64,000 bases of DNA from Balanoglossus misakiensis (Eukaryota > Animalia > Hemichordata). Shown here piece by piece: positions 1 through 12,984 of this stretch. How positions within the stretch are numbered: position 1 is the first letter of the stretch; each line of letters begins with the position of its first letter. Made by a program: the position numbers and the translations under genes. The stretch spans positions 5,344,202-5,408,201 of the forward strand of contig CM082588.2 of assembly GCA_040954595.2 (NCBI GenBank), written 5' to 3'. The notes beneath the pieces are model-generated. The model saw only the letters and a program-made list of their open reading frames with translations, ran no database searches and had not been told where the DNA came from.

Positions 1-3000
1 GAAATATCAAAATTCTCTTCATTTTTTTTAATAAAACCATGGGGTATATGCTCATGAAATTCATCCAAAATGACAATTTTTCGACTTTGCGAAATATCAA
101 AATTTCTTCATTTTTTTGAAAAACCATGGGTTATAGCTCATGAAAATCATTCAAATGACAATTTTTGACTTTGCGAAATATCAAAATTTTCTTCATTTTT
201 TTGAAAAAACCATGGGTTATAGCTCATGAAAATCATCCAAAAATGACAATTTTTCGACTTTGCGAAATATCAAAATTTCTTCATTTTTTGAAAAAACCAT
301 GGGTTATAGCTCATGAAAATCATCCAAAATGACAATTTTCGACTTTGCGAAATATCAAAATTTCTTCATTTTTTTGAAAAAAACCATGGGTTATAGCTCA
401 TGAAAATCATTCCAAAAATGACAATTTTTGACTTTGCGAAATATCAAAATTTCTTCATTTTTTTGAAAAAACCATGGGTTATAGCTCATGAAAAATCATC
501 CAAAAATGACAATTTTTCGACTTTGCGAAATATCAAAATTTCTTCATTTTTTTTGAAAAAACCATGGGTTATAGCTCATGAAATCATCCAAAAATGACAA
601 TTTTTCGATGACTTGTCGTGAGAGAAAATATCAAAATTTCTTCATTTTTTTTAATAAACCATGGGTTATAGCTCATGAAAATCATCCAAAAATGACAATT
701 TTTCGACTTTGCGAAATATCAAAATTTCTTCATTTTTTTGAAAAAACCATGGGTTATAGCTCATGAAAATCATTCCAAAAATGACAATTTTTTGACTTTG
801 CGAAATATCAAAATTTCTTCATTTTTTTGAAAAAACCATGGGTTATAGCTCATGAAAATCATCCAAAAATGACAATTTTTCGACTTTGCGAAATATCAAA
901 ATTTCTTCATTTTTTTGAAAAAACCATGGGTTATAGCTCATGAAAATCATCCAAAAATGACAATTTTTCGACTTTGCGAAATATCAAAATTTCTTCATTT
1001 TTTTGAAAAAACCATGGGTTATAGCTCATGAAAATCATCCAAAAATGACAATTTTTCGACTTTGCGAAATATCAAAATTTCTTCATTTTTTTGAAAAAAC
1101 CATGGGTTATAGCTCATGAAAATCATCCAAAAATGACAATTTTTCGACTTTGCGAAATATCAAAATTTCTTCATTTTTTTGAAAAAACCATGGGTTATAG
1201 CTCATGAAAATCATCCAAAAATGACAATTTTTCGACTTTGCGAAATATCAAAATTTCTTCATTTTTTTGAAAAAACCATGGGTTATAGCTCATGAAAATC
1301 ATCCAAAAATGACAATTTTTCGACTTTGCGAAATATCAAAATTTCTTCATTTTTTTGAAAAAAACCATGGGTTATAGCTCATGAAAATCATCCAAAAATG
1401 ACAATTTTTCGACTTTGCGAAATATCAAAATTTCTTCATTTTTTTGAAAAAACCATGGGTTATAGCTCATGAAAATCATCCAAAAATGACAATTTTTCGA
1501 CTTTGCGAAATATCAAAATTTCTTCATTTTTTTTAATAAACCATGGGTTATAGCTCATGAAAATCATCCAAAAATGACAATTTTTCGACTTTGCGAAATA
1601 TCAAAATTTCTTCATTTTTTTGAAAAAACCATGGGTTATAGCTCATGAAAATCATTCCAAAAATGACAATTTTTTGACTTTGCGAAATATCAAAATTTCT
1701 TCATTTTTTTGAAAAAACCATGGGTTATAGCTCATGAAAATCATCCAAAAATGACAATTTTTCGACTTTGCGAAATATCAAAATTTCTTCATTTTTTTGA
1801 AAAAACCATGGGTTATAGCTCATGAAAATCATCCAAAAATGACAATTTTTCGACTTTGCGAAATATCAAAATTTCTTCATTTTTTTGAAAAAACCATGGG
1901 TTATAGCTCATGAAAATCATCCAAAAATGACAATTTTTCGACTTTGCGAAATATCAAAATTTCTTCATTTTTTTGAAAAAACCATGGGTTATAGCTCATG
2001 AAAATCATCCAAAAATGACAATTTTTCGACTTTGCGAAATATCAAAATTTCTTCATTTTTTGAAAAAACCATGGGTTATAGCTCATGAAAATCATCCAAA
2101 AATGACAATTTTTCGACTTTGCGAAATATCAAAATTTCTTCATTTTTTTGAAAAAAACCATGGGTTATAGCTCATGAAAATCATCCAAAAATGACAATTT
2201 TTCGACTTTGCGAAATATCAAAATTTCTTCATTTTTTTGAAAAAACCATGGGTTATAGCTCATGAAAATCATCCAAAAATGACAATTTTTCGACTTTGCG
2301 AAATATCAAAATTTCTTCATTTTTTTGAAAAAACCATGGGTTATAGCTCATGAAAATCATCCAAAAATGACAATTTTTCGACTTTGCGAAATATCAAAAT
2401 TTCTTCATTTTTTTGAAAAAACCATGGGTTATAGCTCATGAAAATCATCCAAAAATGACAATTTTTCGACTTTGCGAAATATCAAAATTTCTTCATTTTT
2501 TTGAAAAAACCATGGGTTATAGCTCATGAAAATCATCCAAAAATGACAATTTTTCGACTTTGCGAAATATCAAAATTTCTTCATTTTTTTGAAAAAACCA
2601 TGGGTTATAGCTCATGAAAATCATCCAAAAATGACAATTTTTCGACTTTGCGAAATATCAAAATTTCTTCATTTTTTTGAAAAAACCATGGGTTATAGCT
2701 CATGAAAATCATCCAAAAATGACAATTTTTCGACTTTGCGAAATATCAAAATTTCTTCATTTTTTTGAAAAAACCATGGGTTATAGCTCATGAAAATCAT
2801 CCAAAAATGACAATTTTTTCGACTTTGCGAAATATCAAAATTTCTTCATTTTTTTGAAAAAACCATGGGTTATAGCTCATGAAAATCATCCAAAAATGAC
2901 AATTTTTCGACTTTGCGAAATATCAAAATTTCTTCATTTTTTTGAAAAAAACCATGGGTTATAGCTCATGAAAATCATCCAAAAATGACAATTTTTCGAC

Positions 3001-6000
3001 TTTGCGAAATATCAAAATTTCTTCATTTTTTTGAAAAAACCATGGGTTATAGCTCATGAAAATCATCCAAAAATGACAATTTTTCGACTTTGCGAAATAT
3101 CAAAATTTCTTCATTTTTTTGAAAAAACCATGGGTTATAGCTCATGAAAATCATCCAAAAATGACAATTTTTCGACTTTGCGAAATATCAAAATTTCTTC
3201 ATTTTTTTGAAAAAACCATGGGTTATAGCTCATGAAAATCATCCAAAAATGACAATTTTTCGACTTTGCGAAATATCAAAATTTCTTCATTTTTTTGAAA
3301 AAACCATGGGTTATAGCTCATGAAAATCATCCAAAAATGACAATTTTTCGACTTTGCGAAATATCAAAATTTCTTCATTTTTTTGAAAAAACATGGGTTA
3401 TAGCTCATGAAAATCATCCAAAAATGACAATTTTTCGACTTTGCGAAATATCAAAATTTCTTCATTTTTTGAAAAAACCATGGGTTATAGCTCATGAAAA
3501 TCATCCAAAAATGACAATTTTTCGACTTTGCGAAATATCAAAATTTCTTCATTTTTTTGAAAAAACCATGGGTTATAGCTCATGAAAATCATCCAAAAAT
3601 GACAATTTTTCGACTTTGCGAAATATCAAAATTTCTTCATTTTTTTGAAAAAACCATGGGTTATAGCTCATGAAAATCATCCAAAAATGACAATTTTTCG
3701 ACTTTGCGAAATATCAAAATTTCTTCATTTTTTTGAAAAAACCATGGGTTATAGCTCATGAAAATCATTCAAAAATGACAATTTTTGACTTTGCGAAATA
3801 TCAAAATTTTTTCATTTTTTTGAAAAAACCATGGGTTATAGCTCATGAAAATCATCCAAAAATGACAATTTTTCGACTTTGCGAAATATCAAAATTTCTT
3901 CATTTTTTTGAAAAAACCATGGGTTATAGCTCATGAAAATCATCCAAAAATGACAATTTTTCGACTTTGCGAAATATCAAAATTTCTTCATTTTTTTGAA
4001 AAAACCATGGGTTATAGCTCATGAAAATCATCCAAAAATGACAATTTTTCGACTTTGCGAAATATCAAAATTTCTTCATTTTTTTGAAAAAACCATGGGT
4101 TATAGCTCATGAAAATCATCCAAAAATGACAATTTTTCGACTTTGCGAAATATCAAAATTTCTTCATTTTTTTGAAAAAACCATGGGTTATAGCTCATGA
4201 AAATCATCCAAAAATGACAATTTTTCGACTTTGCGAAATATCAAAATTTCTTCATTTTTTTGAAAAAACCATGGGTTATAGCTCATGAAAATCATCCAAA
4301 AATGGCAATTTTTCGACTTTGCGAAATATCAAAATTTCTTCATTTTTTTGAAAAAACCATGGGTTATAGCTCATGAAAATCATCCAAAAATGACAATTTT
4401 TCGACTTTGCGAAATATCAAAATTTCTTCATTTTTTTGAAAAAACCATGGGTTATAGCTCATGAAAATCATCCAAAAATGACAATTTTTCGACTTTGCGA
4501 AATATCAAAATTTCTTCATTTTTTTAAAAAACCATGGGTTATAGCTCATGAAAATCATCCAAAAATGACAATTTTTCGACTTTGCGAAATATCAAAATTT
4601 CTTCATTTTTTTTAAAAAACCATGGGTTATAGCTCATGAAAATCATCCAAAAATGACAAATTTTCGACTTTGCGAAATATCAAAATTTCTTCATTTTTTT
4701 TAAAAAACCATGGGTTATAGCTCATGAAAATCATCCAAAAATGACAATTTTTCGACTTTGCGAAATATCAAAATTTCTTCATTTTTTTTAAAAAAACCAT
4801 GGGTTATAGCTCATGAAAATCATCCAAAAATGACAATTTTTCGACTTTGCGAAATATCAAAATTTCTTCATTTTTTTGAAAAAACCATGGGTTATAGCTC
4901 ATGAAAATCATCCAAAAATGACAATTTTTCGACTTTGCGAAATATCAAAATTTCTTCATTTTTTTTGAAAAAACCATGGGTTATAGCTCATGAAAATCAT
5001 CCAAAAATGACAATTTTCGACTTTGCGAAATATCAAAATTTCTTCATTTTTTTGAAAAAACCATGGGTTATAGCTCATGAAAATCATCCAAAAATGACAA
5101 TTTTTCGACTTTGCGAAATATCAAAATTTCTTCATTTTTTTGAAAAAACCATGGGTTATAGCTCATGAAAATCATCCAAAAATGACAATTTTTCGACTTT
5201 GCGAAATATCAAAATTTCTTCATTTTTTTGAAAAAAACCATGGGTTATAGCTCATGAAAATCATCCAAAAATGACAATTTTTCGACTTTGCGAAATATCA
5301 AAATTTCTTCATTTTTTTGAAAAAACCATGGGTTATAGCTCATGAAAATCATCCAAAAATGACAATTTTTCGACTTTGCGAAATATCAAAATTTCTTCAT
5401 TTTTTTGAAAAAAACATGGGTTATAGCTCATGAAAATCATCCAAAAATGACAATTTTTTGACTTTGCGAAATATCAAAATTTCTTCATTTTTTTGAAAAA
5501 AACCATGGGTTATAGCTCATGAAAATCATCCAAAAATGACAATTTTTCGACTTTGCGAAATATCAAAATTTCTTCATTTTTTTGAAAAAAACCATGGGTT
5601 ATAGCTCATGAAAATCATCCAAAAATGACAATTTTTCGACTTTGCGAAATATCAAAATTTCTTCATTTTTTTGAAAAAACCATGGGTTATAGCTCATGAA
5701 AATCATCCAAAAATGACAATTTGTCGACTTTGCGAAATATCAAAATTTCTTCATTTTTTTGAAAAAACCATGGGTTATAGCTCATGAAAATCATCCAAAA
5801 ATGACAATTTTTCGACTTTGCGAAATATCAAAATTTCTTCATTTTTTTGAAAAAACCATGGGTTATAGCTCATGAAAATCATCCAAAAATGACAATTTTT
5901 CGACTTTGCGAAATATCAAAATTTCTTCATTTTTTTGAAAAAACCATGGGTTATAGCTCATGAAAATCATCCAAAAATGACAATTTTTCGACTTTGCGAA

Positions 6001-9000
6001 ATATCAAAATTTCTTCATTTTTTTGAAAAAACCATGGGTTATAGCTCATGAAAATCATCCAAAAATGACAATTTTTCGACTTTGCGAAATATCAAAATTT
6101 CTTCATTTTTTTGAAAAAACCATGGGTTATAGCTCATGAAAATCATCCAAAAATGACAATTTGTCGACTTTGCGAAATATCAAAATTTCTTCATTTTTTT
6201 GAAAAAACCATGGGTTATAGCTCATGAAAATCATCCAAAAATGACAATTTTTCGACTTTGCGAAATATCAAAATTTCTTCATTTTTTTGAAAAAACCATG
6301 GGTTATAGCTCATGAAAATCATCCAAAAATGACAATTTTTCGACTTTGCGAAATATCAAAATTTCTTCATTTTTTTGAAAAAACCATGGGTTATAGCTCA
6401 TGAAAATCATCCAAAAATGACAATTTTTCGACTTTGCGAAATATCAAAATTTCTTCATTTTTTTGAAAAAACCATGGGTTATAGCTCATGAAAATCATCC
6501 AAAAATGACAATTTTTCGACTTTGCGAAATATCAAAATTTCTTCATTTTTTTGAAAAAATCATGGGTTATAGCTCATGAAAATCATCCAAAAATGACAAT
6601 TTTTCGACTTTGCGAAATATCAAAATTTCTTCATTTTTTTGAAAAAACCATGGGTTATAGCTCATGAAAATCATCCAAAAATGACAATTTTTCGACTTTG
6701 CGAAATATCAAAATTTCTTCATTTTTTGAAAAAACCATGGGTTATAGCTCATGAAAATCATCCAAAAATGACAATTTTTTGACTTTGCGAAATAGCAAAA
6801 TTTCTTCATTTTTTTGAAAAAAACATGGGTTATAGCTCATGAAAATCATCCAAAAATGACAATTTTTCGACTTTGCGAAATAGCAAAATTTCTTCATTTT
6901 TTTGAAAAAACCATGGGTTATAGCTCATGAAAATCATCCAAAAATGACAATTTTTCGACTTTGCGAAATAGCAAAATTTCTTCATTTTTTTGAAAAAAAA
7001 CATGGGTTATAGCTCATGAAAATCATCCAAAAATGACAATTTTTCGACTTTGCGAAATAGCAAAATTTCTTCATTTTTTTGAAAAAACCATGGGTTATAG
7101 CTCATGAAAATCATCCAAAAATGACAATTTTTCGACTTTGCGAAATATCAAAATTTCTTCATTTTTTTGAAAAAACCATGGGTTATAGCTCATGAAAATC
7201 ATCCAAAAATGACAATTTTTCGACTTTGCGAAATATCAAAATTTCTTCATTTTTTTGAAAAAACCATGGGTTATAGCTCATGAAAATCATCCAAAAATGA
7301 CAATTTTTCGACTTTGCGAAATATCAAAATTTCTTCATTTTTTTGAAAAAACCATGGGTTATAGCTCATGAAAATCATCCAAAAATGACAATTTTTCGAC
7401 TTTGCGAAATATCAAAATTTCTTCATTTTTTTGAAAAAACCATGGGTTATAGCTCATGAAAATCATCCAAAAATGACAATTTTTCGACTTTGCGAAATAT
7501 CAAAATTTCTTCATTTTTTTGAAAAAACCATGGGTTATAGCTCATGAAAATCATCCAAAAATGACAATTTTTCGACTTTGCGAAATATCAAAATTTCTTC
7601 ATTTTTTTGAAAAAACCATGGGTTATAGCTCATGAAAATCATCCAAAAATGACAATTTTTCGACTTTGCGAAATATCAAAATTTCTTCATTTTTTTTAAA
7701 AAACCATGGGTTATAGCTCATGAAAATCATCCAAAAATGACAATTTTTCGACTTTGCGAAATAGCAAAATTTCTTCATTTTTTTTTAAAAAACCATGGGT
7801 TATAGCTCATGAAAATCATCCAAAAATGACAATTTTTCGACTTTGCGAAATAGCAAAATTTCTTCATTTTTTTGAAAAAACCATGGGTTATAGCTCATGA
7901 AAATCATTCAAAAATGACAATTTTTTGACTTTGCGAAATATCAAAATTTCTTCATTTTTTTGAAAAAAACCATGGGTTATAGCTCATGAAAATCATCCAA
8001 AAATGACAATTTTTCGACTTTGCGAAATAGCAAAATTTCTTCATTTTTTTGAAAAAAAAACATGGGTTATAGCTCATGAAAATCATCCAAAAATGACAAT
8101 TTTTCGACTTTGCGAAATAGCAAAATTTCTTCATTTTTTTGAAAAAACCATGGGTTATAGCTCATGAAAATCATCCAAAAATGACAATTTTTCGACTTTG
8201 CGAAATAGCAAAATTTCTTCATTTTTTTGAAAAAACCATGGGTTATAGCTCATGAAAATCATCCAAAAATGACAATTTTTCGACTTTGCGAAATAGCAAA
8301 ATTTCTTCATTTTTTTGAAAAAAAAACATGGGTTATAGCTCATGAAAATCATCCAAAAATGACAATTTTTCGACTTTGCGAAATAGCAAAATTTCTTCAT
8401 TTTTTTGAAAAAACCATGGGTTATAGCTCATGAAAATCATCCAAAAATTACAATTTTTCGACTTTGCGAAATATCAAAATTTCTTCATTTTTTTGAAAAA
8501 ACCATGGGTTATAGCTCATGAAAATCATCCAAAAATTACAATTTTTCGACTTTGCGAAATATCAAAATTTCTTCATTTTTTTGAAAAAACCATGGGTTAT
8601 AGCTCATGAAAATCATCCAAAAATGACAATTTTTCGACTTTGCGAAATATCAAAATTTCTTCATTTTTTTGAAAAAACCATGGGTTATAGCTCATGAAAA
8701 TCATCCAAAAATGACAATTTTTCGACTTTGCGAAATATCAAAATTTCTTCATTTTTTTGAAAAAACCATGGGTTATAGCTCATGAAAATCATCCAAAAAT
8801 GACAATTTTTCGACTTTGCGAAATATCAAAATTTCTTCATTTTTTTGAAAAAACCATGGGTTATAGCTCATGAAAATCATCCAAAAATGACAATTTTTCG
8901 ACTTTGCGAAATATCAAAATTTCTTCATTTTTTTGAAAAAACCATGGGTTATAGCTCATGAAAATCATCCAAAAATGACAATTTTTCGACTTTGCGAAAT

Positions 9001-9738
9001 ATCAAAATTTCTTCATTTTTTTAAAAAAACCATGGGTTATAGCTCATGAAAATCATCCAAAAATGACAATTTTTCGACTTTGCGAAATAGCAAAATTTCT
9101 TCATTTTTTTTAAAAAACCATGGGTTATAGCTCATGAAAATCATCCAAAAATGACAATTTTTCGACTTTGCGAAATAGCAAAATTTCTTCATTTTTTTTT
9201 AAAAAACCATGGGTTATAGCTCATGAAAATCATCCAAAAATGACAATTTTTCGACTTTGCGAAATATCAAAATTTCTTCATTTTTTTGAAAAAACCATGG
9301 GTTATAGCTCATGAAAATCATCCAAAAATGACAATTTTTCGACTTTGCGAAATATTAAAATTTCTTCATTTTTTTGAAAAAACCATGGGTTATAGCTCAT
9401 GAAAATCATCCCAAAATGACAATTTTTCGACTTTGCGAAATATCAAAATTTCTTCATTTTTTTGAAAAAACCATGGGTTATAGCTCATGAAAATCATCCC
9501 AAAATGACAATTTTTCGACTTTGCGAAATAGCAAAATTTCTTCATTTTTTTGAAAAAACCATGGGTTATAGCTCATGAAAATCATCCCAAAATGACAATT
9601 TTTCGACTTTGCGAAATATCAAAATTTCTTCATTTTTTTGAAAAAACCATGGGTTATAGCTCATGAAAATCATCCCAAAATGACAATTTTTCGACTTTGC
9701 GAAATATCAAAATTTCTTCATTTTTTTGAAAAAAACAT
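1..9738 (+). repeat. 88-bp satellite DNA tandem array (~110 monomers), truncated by the window start
   Basis: Monomer CCATGGGTTATAGCTCATGAAAATCATCCAAAAATGACAATTTTTCGACTTTGCGAAATATCAAAATTTCTTCATTTTTTTGAAAAAA; CCATGG recurs at 1012, 1100, 1188 (period 88). Highly homogeneous head-to-tail copies with no spacers. Confidence 0.98.
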
Positions 9739-9894
9739 GCTATAACCCATGGTTTTTTCAAAAAAATGAAGAAATTTCGATATTTCGCAAAGTCGAAAAA
9801 TTGTCATTTTCGGATGATTTTCATGAGCTATAACCTATGGTTTTTTAAAAAAAATGAAGAAATTTCGATATTTCGCAAAGTCGAAAAATTGTCA
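9739..9894 (-). repeat. Inverted terminal ~1.8 copies of the 88-bp satellite monomer
   Basis: From 9739 the sequence reads GCTATAACCCATGGTTTTTTCAAAAAAATGAAGAAATTTCGATATTTCGCAAAGTCG..., the reverse complement of the monomer, ending at ...AATTGTCA 9894. Confidence 0.95.
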
Positions 9895-10111
9895 CTAGTG
9901 TCACCAACTTTTAATAATTAGTCTTAATAAACAAAAATGGCATAATTGCACAAATGTATCTCACATTGTATTAGATGCACACGATATATGCAATACCAAA
10001 CGACGCCTGGCGTATTTTCGCAAATACTGTGTGGGTTGCTTTAATCCGAACGGCGAGAGTAAACTGCTTCGGAGACAAAATGCCACGTCACATTCTTGTC
10101 CGGCCGCCAGT

Positions 10112-10208
10112 CAATCTGATTAAAATCAGATGTAGGGAACGGCGACGTGTTTTTTTGACAGCATAAAAACCACGTCGCTGTTCCCTACATCTGATTTTAA
10201 TCAGATTG
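10112..10208. mobile_element. 97-bp palindromic MITE with 9-bp TSD (Mutator/MULE-like)
   Basis: 38-bp TIRs CAATCTGATTAAAATCAGATGTAGGGAACGGCGACGTG with 1 mismatch; perfect flanking direct repeat GCCGCCAGT at 10103-10111 and 10209-10217. Confidence 0.9.
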
Positions 10209-10405
10209 GCCGCCAGTATGCCTAGGAGAATCTATGAGTGGACGACACAACAGCGCAACTAGGTAACACGATAGGCGATTGAAAATAACGAGACATCAGC
10301 AAGTAAGTCATTCTCTAGTCGGGATCGAGACGCTGACAAATATCAGAGACTGTATGCAAGGGCGCCGATTTGCCAGGAAAAACGTCTCGACACACTTTGA
10401 ACGCG

Positions 10406-12948
10406 ATGCAGGTAAGTTTTTTTTTGGTCAATTCGTCTTTGTTTTTCAAAAGGTATAAGTATCACAGCCTTGCATGAGTAGCAGAAATCTAGTTTGTATT
10501 GGTTGGCAGGGTCTCTGTGAACTATGGGAGCAAATCAGATGGTGTGTTATAAGGACAAAAGTCGCACATGTGCCGGCAGACGACCCTCTAGTTTGTACTT
10601 GGCATTGGAACATGCTTTATCCAGCAGAAAAAGGTCAGTTGTGGCTCATGCGCAGATCAAACTAGTAAAGTTAGAAGTTACAGCTATCGCCTGACTTCAA
10701 CTTGAATGTCCAGAGTCAAATCTGGTCCCTCTCCCTTGTGTTCATCAGTTTCTTGTCACTAAGTCTGTTCTTTTTCGCTGTCTTTTATGTTTCAGAAACG
10801 CGCGATCTTTTTCGTCGTTTGCAGTGTTTTCCTGTGTTGCTTAATTCTCAATATCGTGGACACATCATCTCCCGGATGGTTGAAAGCTCCGGTTCATATC
10901 GGTGTAAAACTGTCCTCCGTGAAAACAGGTTCAAGCCAGTAAGTACTGTGCCGTGTTTTACGCGGTGCGGGGTTTAAAGAGACAAAGTCTCTCTCTCACT
11001 GCCCTTTTTCCATTAATTATGTTTGATACAAGACGCCATTTATGTTATTCTACATGTGGATATATGGTGAATCAACATTCGACCACACACCACTTCCATC
11101 TCGTTTGTTGGATATGAGAGTAAAAACTCGCCCAAAATGAATAAATGGTAAAGAACGGTTATTCATTTTGGCGAGTTTTTTCACTCTCCTGTCTATAAGA
11201 GGGATGGAAGTTGTGTGTGGTTGAACGTTCATTCACTATATATCCACATGTAGAATAACAAACGTTGTCTCTTATCAAATATAATTAATGGAAAAAAGGG
11301 CAGCGAGAGAGAGACTTTGTCCCTTTAATAGATTTTTGTCCTTTACGTGGCTAGTACCCTAACGAGGGCCTCGCAAACCAGCCGAGGTCGAAAAAAAACT
11401 CCATCTATAGGCCATCATCCAAGAGCAACGTATAGTTAAGTTTAATGACAGTCTGAGAGTAACTTGATATGGTGGACAGATGTTGCCCTGACTATAAACT
11501 TAGTACGACCTTCAAAAGTAGGTCCATCGTCGTAAACCACGACATCTAATACGGCAACAGTTTTTGCAATGACTCTGGTGGCGAGAATGAATAGTTATGG
11601 GGTCACACTTCATTATAAGATGAAATAAATTTCAAGTGTTCTTTAAGTCCTTCAGACTAATGTCGAGATTGACAAGGACTGAGGTCAAAATTGAAGTTGT
11701 CTGACACTGTCCGAGGTGGTAATATATGGAACTGCAAAAACTATAAAAATAAAAACAGACTGCAAACGAAACGAGCGTTTTTATGTCAGTTTACTGCAAA
11801 CGTGGCTTTTGCTGACAAACTTCGTTCTCTTTGGATGCAGGATTCTTCCGCCGATAGCCACCGCCACACAGGACAGTCCACGAAAAAGTTCGACCTGTGA
11901 ACCCACGAGCAACATAGTCTACGTCAAGACCCACAAAACGGGAAGCACCACGCTTGCCACACTCTTGTACCGCTTCGGGTACAACAGAAACCTCTCGTTT
12001 CTGTTCAGCTTCAAACAGAGACTCGGCCACTTCAGGAAGCAGCCGATAACGTCACACTCACTCCCAGAACTGTACCCACCGATAGGAGTTCCTTATGGCG
12101 ACTACGAACGCTACAAATTCAACATCTCCGCCGGCCACTTAATTTACCACAATCACACCACCTTCGATGTCCTGATTCCAGGGCAGCCGAAATACATAAC
12201 GATTATCCGAGAACCGGTAAAGCAGTTCATGTCGTATTTTGAGTTCTTTCACTTCAGGCAAAGGTTTATGAGGAAAGCCAAGTTTCTCCCTCGAAACGCC
12301 ACGGTTATGGCGAATTTAAAAGAATTTCTGAGGCAGCCGTCGGAATACGGATATCGGAGAAACGACAGCATCTACATCACAGCGAGAAACCCACAGTTTT
12401 TCGATCTTGGGTTGACTTTGCCTCGAATGGATGACTCGCGCTATGTTAGTAAGACCATAGCCCAAATTGACACTGACTTTGACCTTGTTTTGATTATGGA
12501 GTACCTGGATGAATCTCTTCTACTGTTGAAGAAGCAGTTTTGCTGGGAAATGGAGGATATATTGTATTTCAAGATGAACGTTATTCACGCGAAGCCCGTG
12601 AAAGTGCCGGCACTCGTTGTGAAGAAGATCAAGGATTGGAACAGCGCCGACGTGTCCCTCTACGACCATTTCAATCGAACCTTGTGGAGAAAAATAAACG
12701 ACTATGGCCCTGCTTTTCAAAGCGATTTGCTCGAATTCAGACAGCGTTTGGAGGAGATGAAAAGCGAGTGTGTCGAGGGCATGGTCAAAAATTCAAAGTC
12801 TAAGTATGTCTACAAATTAAAACCCAACGCTTCCGATCTGTGCGAAGACTTGGGAAGAAGTATAAGACCTTGTTTCCGGCGGATAGTTAGCAAACAGATA
12901 GTCCCACGCAAAATCAGAAAGAATGAAATTGAACAATTCAGACGATAA
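10406..12948 (+). CDS. Galactose-3-O-sulfotransferase (GAL3ST family) paralog 1, spliced, ~418 aa
   Basis: Exons 10406-10411 (ATGCAG|gtaagt), 10796-10938 and 11841-12948; total 1257 nt in frame. 5'-PSB motif VYVKTHKTGSTT, 3'-PB motif ITIIREPVKQFMSYF, family motifs RNPQFFDLG, FDLVLIMEYLDESLLLLK, WNSADVSLYDHFNRTLW. Confidence 0.88.
10796..10938 (+). CDS. GAL3ST paralog 1, signal-anchor (type II TM) exon
   Basis: tttcag|AAA...CA|gtaagt; encodes KRAIFFVVCSVFLCCLILNIVDTSSPGW...; phase 0 to 2, matching the catalytic exon. Confidence 0.8.
10978..11324. mobile_element. ~347-bp fold-back MITE with TTAA TSD (Kolobok-like AG...CT termini)
   Basis: TTAA|AGAGACAAAGTC ... GACTTTGTCCCT|TTAA; the arms are complementary over ~165 bp around a ~14-nt loop near 11145-11158. 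Lies in intron 2 of GAL3ST paralog 1. Confidence 0.85.
11841..12948 (+). CDS. GAL3ST paralog 1, catalytic exon
   Basis: Acceptor ttctctttggatgcag|G; corresponds to ORF 11716..12948, which carries the PAPS-binding motifs. Confidence 0.93.
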
Positions 12949-12966
12949 ATAGATCAATAAAATCGA

Positions 12967-12984
12967 GACTGACTGACTGACTGA
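12967..12984 (+). repeat. (GACT)n microsatellite in 3' UTR
   Basis: gactgactgactgactga. Confidence 0.7.

Noticed and set aside
600-635. Aberrant monomer (TCGATGACTTGTCGTGAGAGAAAATA) as a possible insertion
   Set aside because: It lies in the indel-rich first 700 bp and is most likely sequencing or consensus error near a contig end.
1-9894. CRISPR-like array, or the repetitive ORFs (MKKPWVIAHENHPK...) in the ORF track
   Set aside because: Monomers are contiguous with no unique spacers, there are no cas genes, and the context is eukaryotic. The ORFs arise from homopolymer indels in an 88-bp (non-triplet) unit.
10702-10977. 91-aa ORF with a hydrophobic N-terminus as the GAL3ST-1 anchor
   Set aside because: The hydrophobic stretch is a translated polypyrimidine tract. 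The real TM exon (10796-10938) is in another frame, has the right phase and is homologous to those of the paralogs.
11716-11840. N-terminal part of the 410-aa ORF as a single-exon gene start
   Set aside because: It has a GTG start, lies upstream of a clear acceptor at 11840, and is not conserved in the paralogs, so it is intronic.
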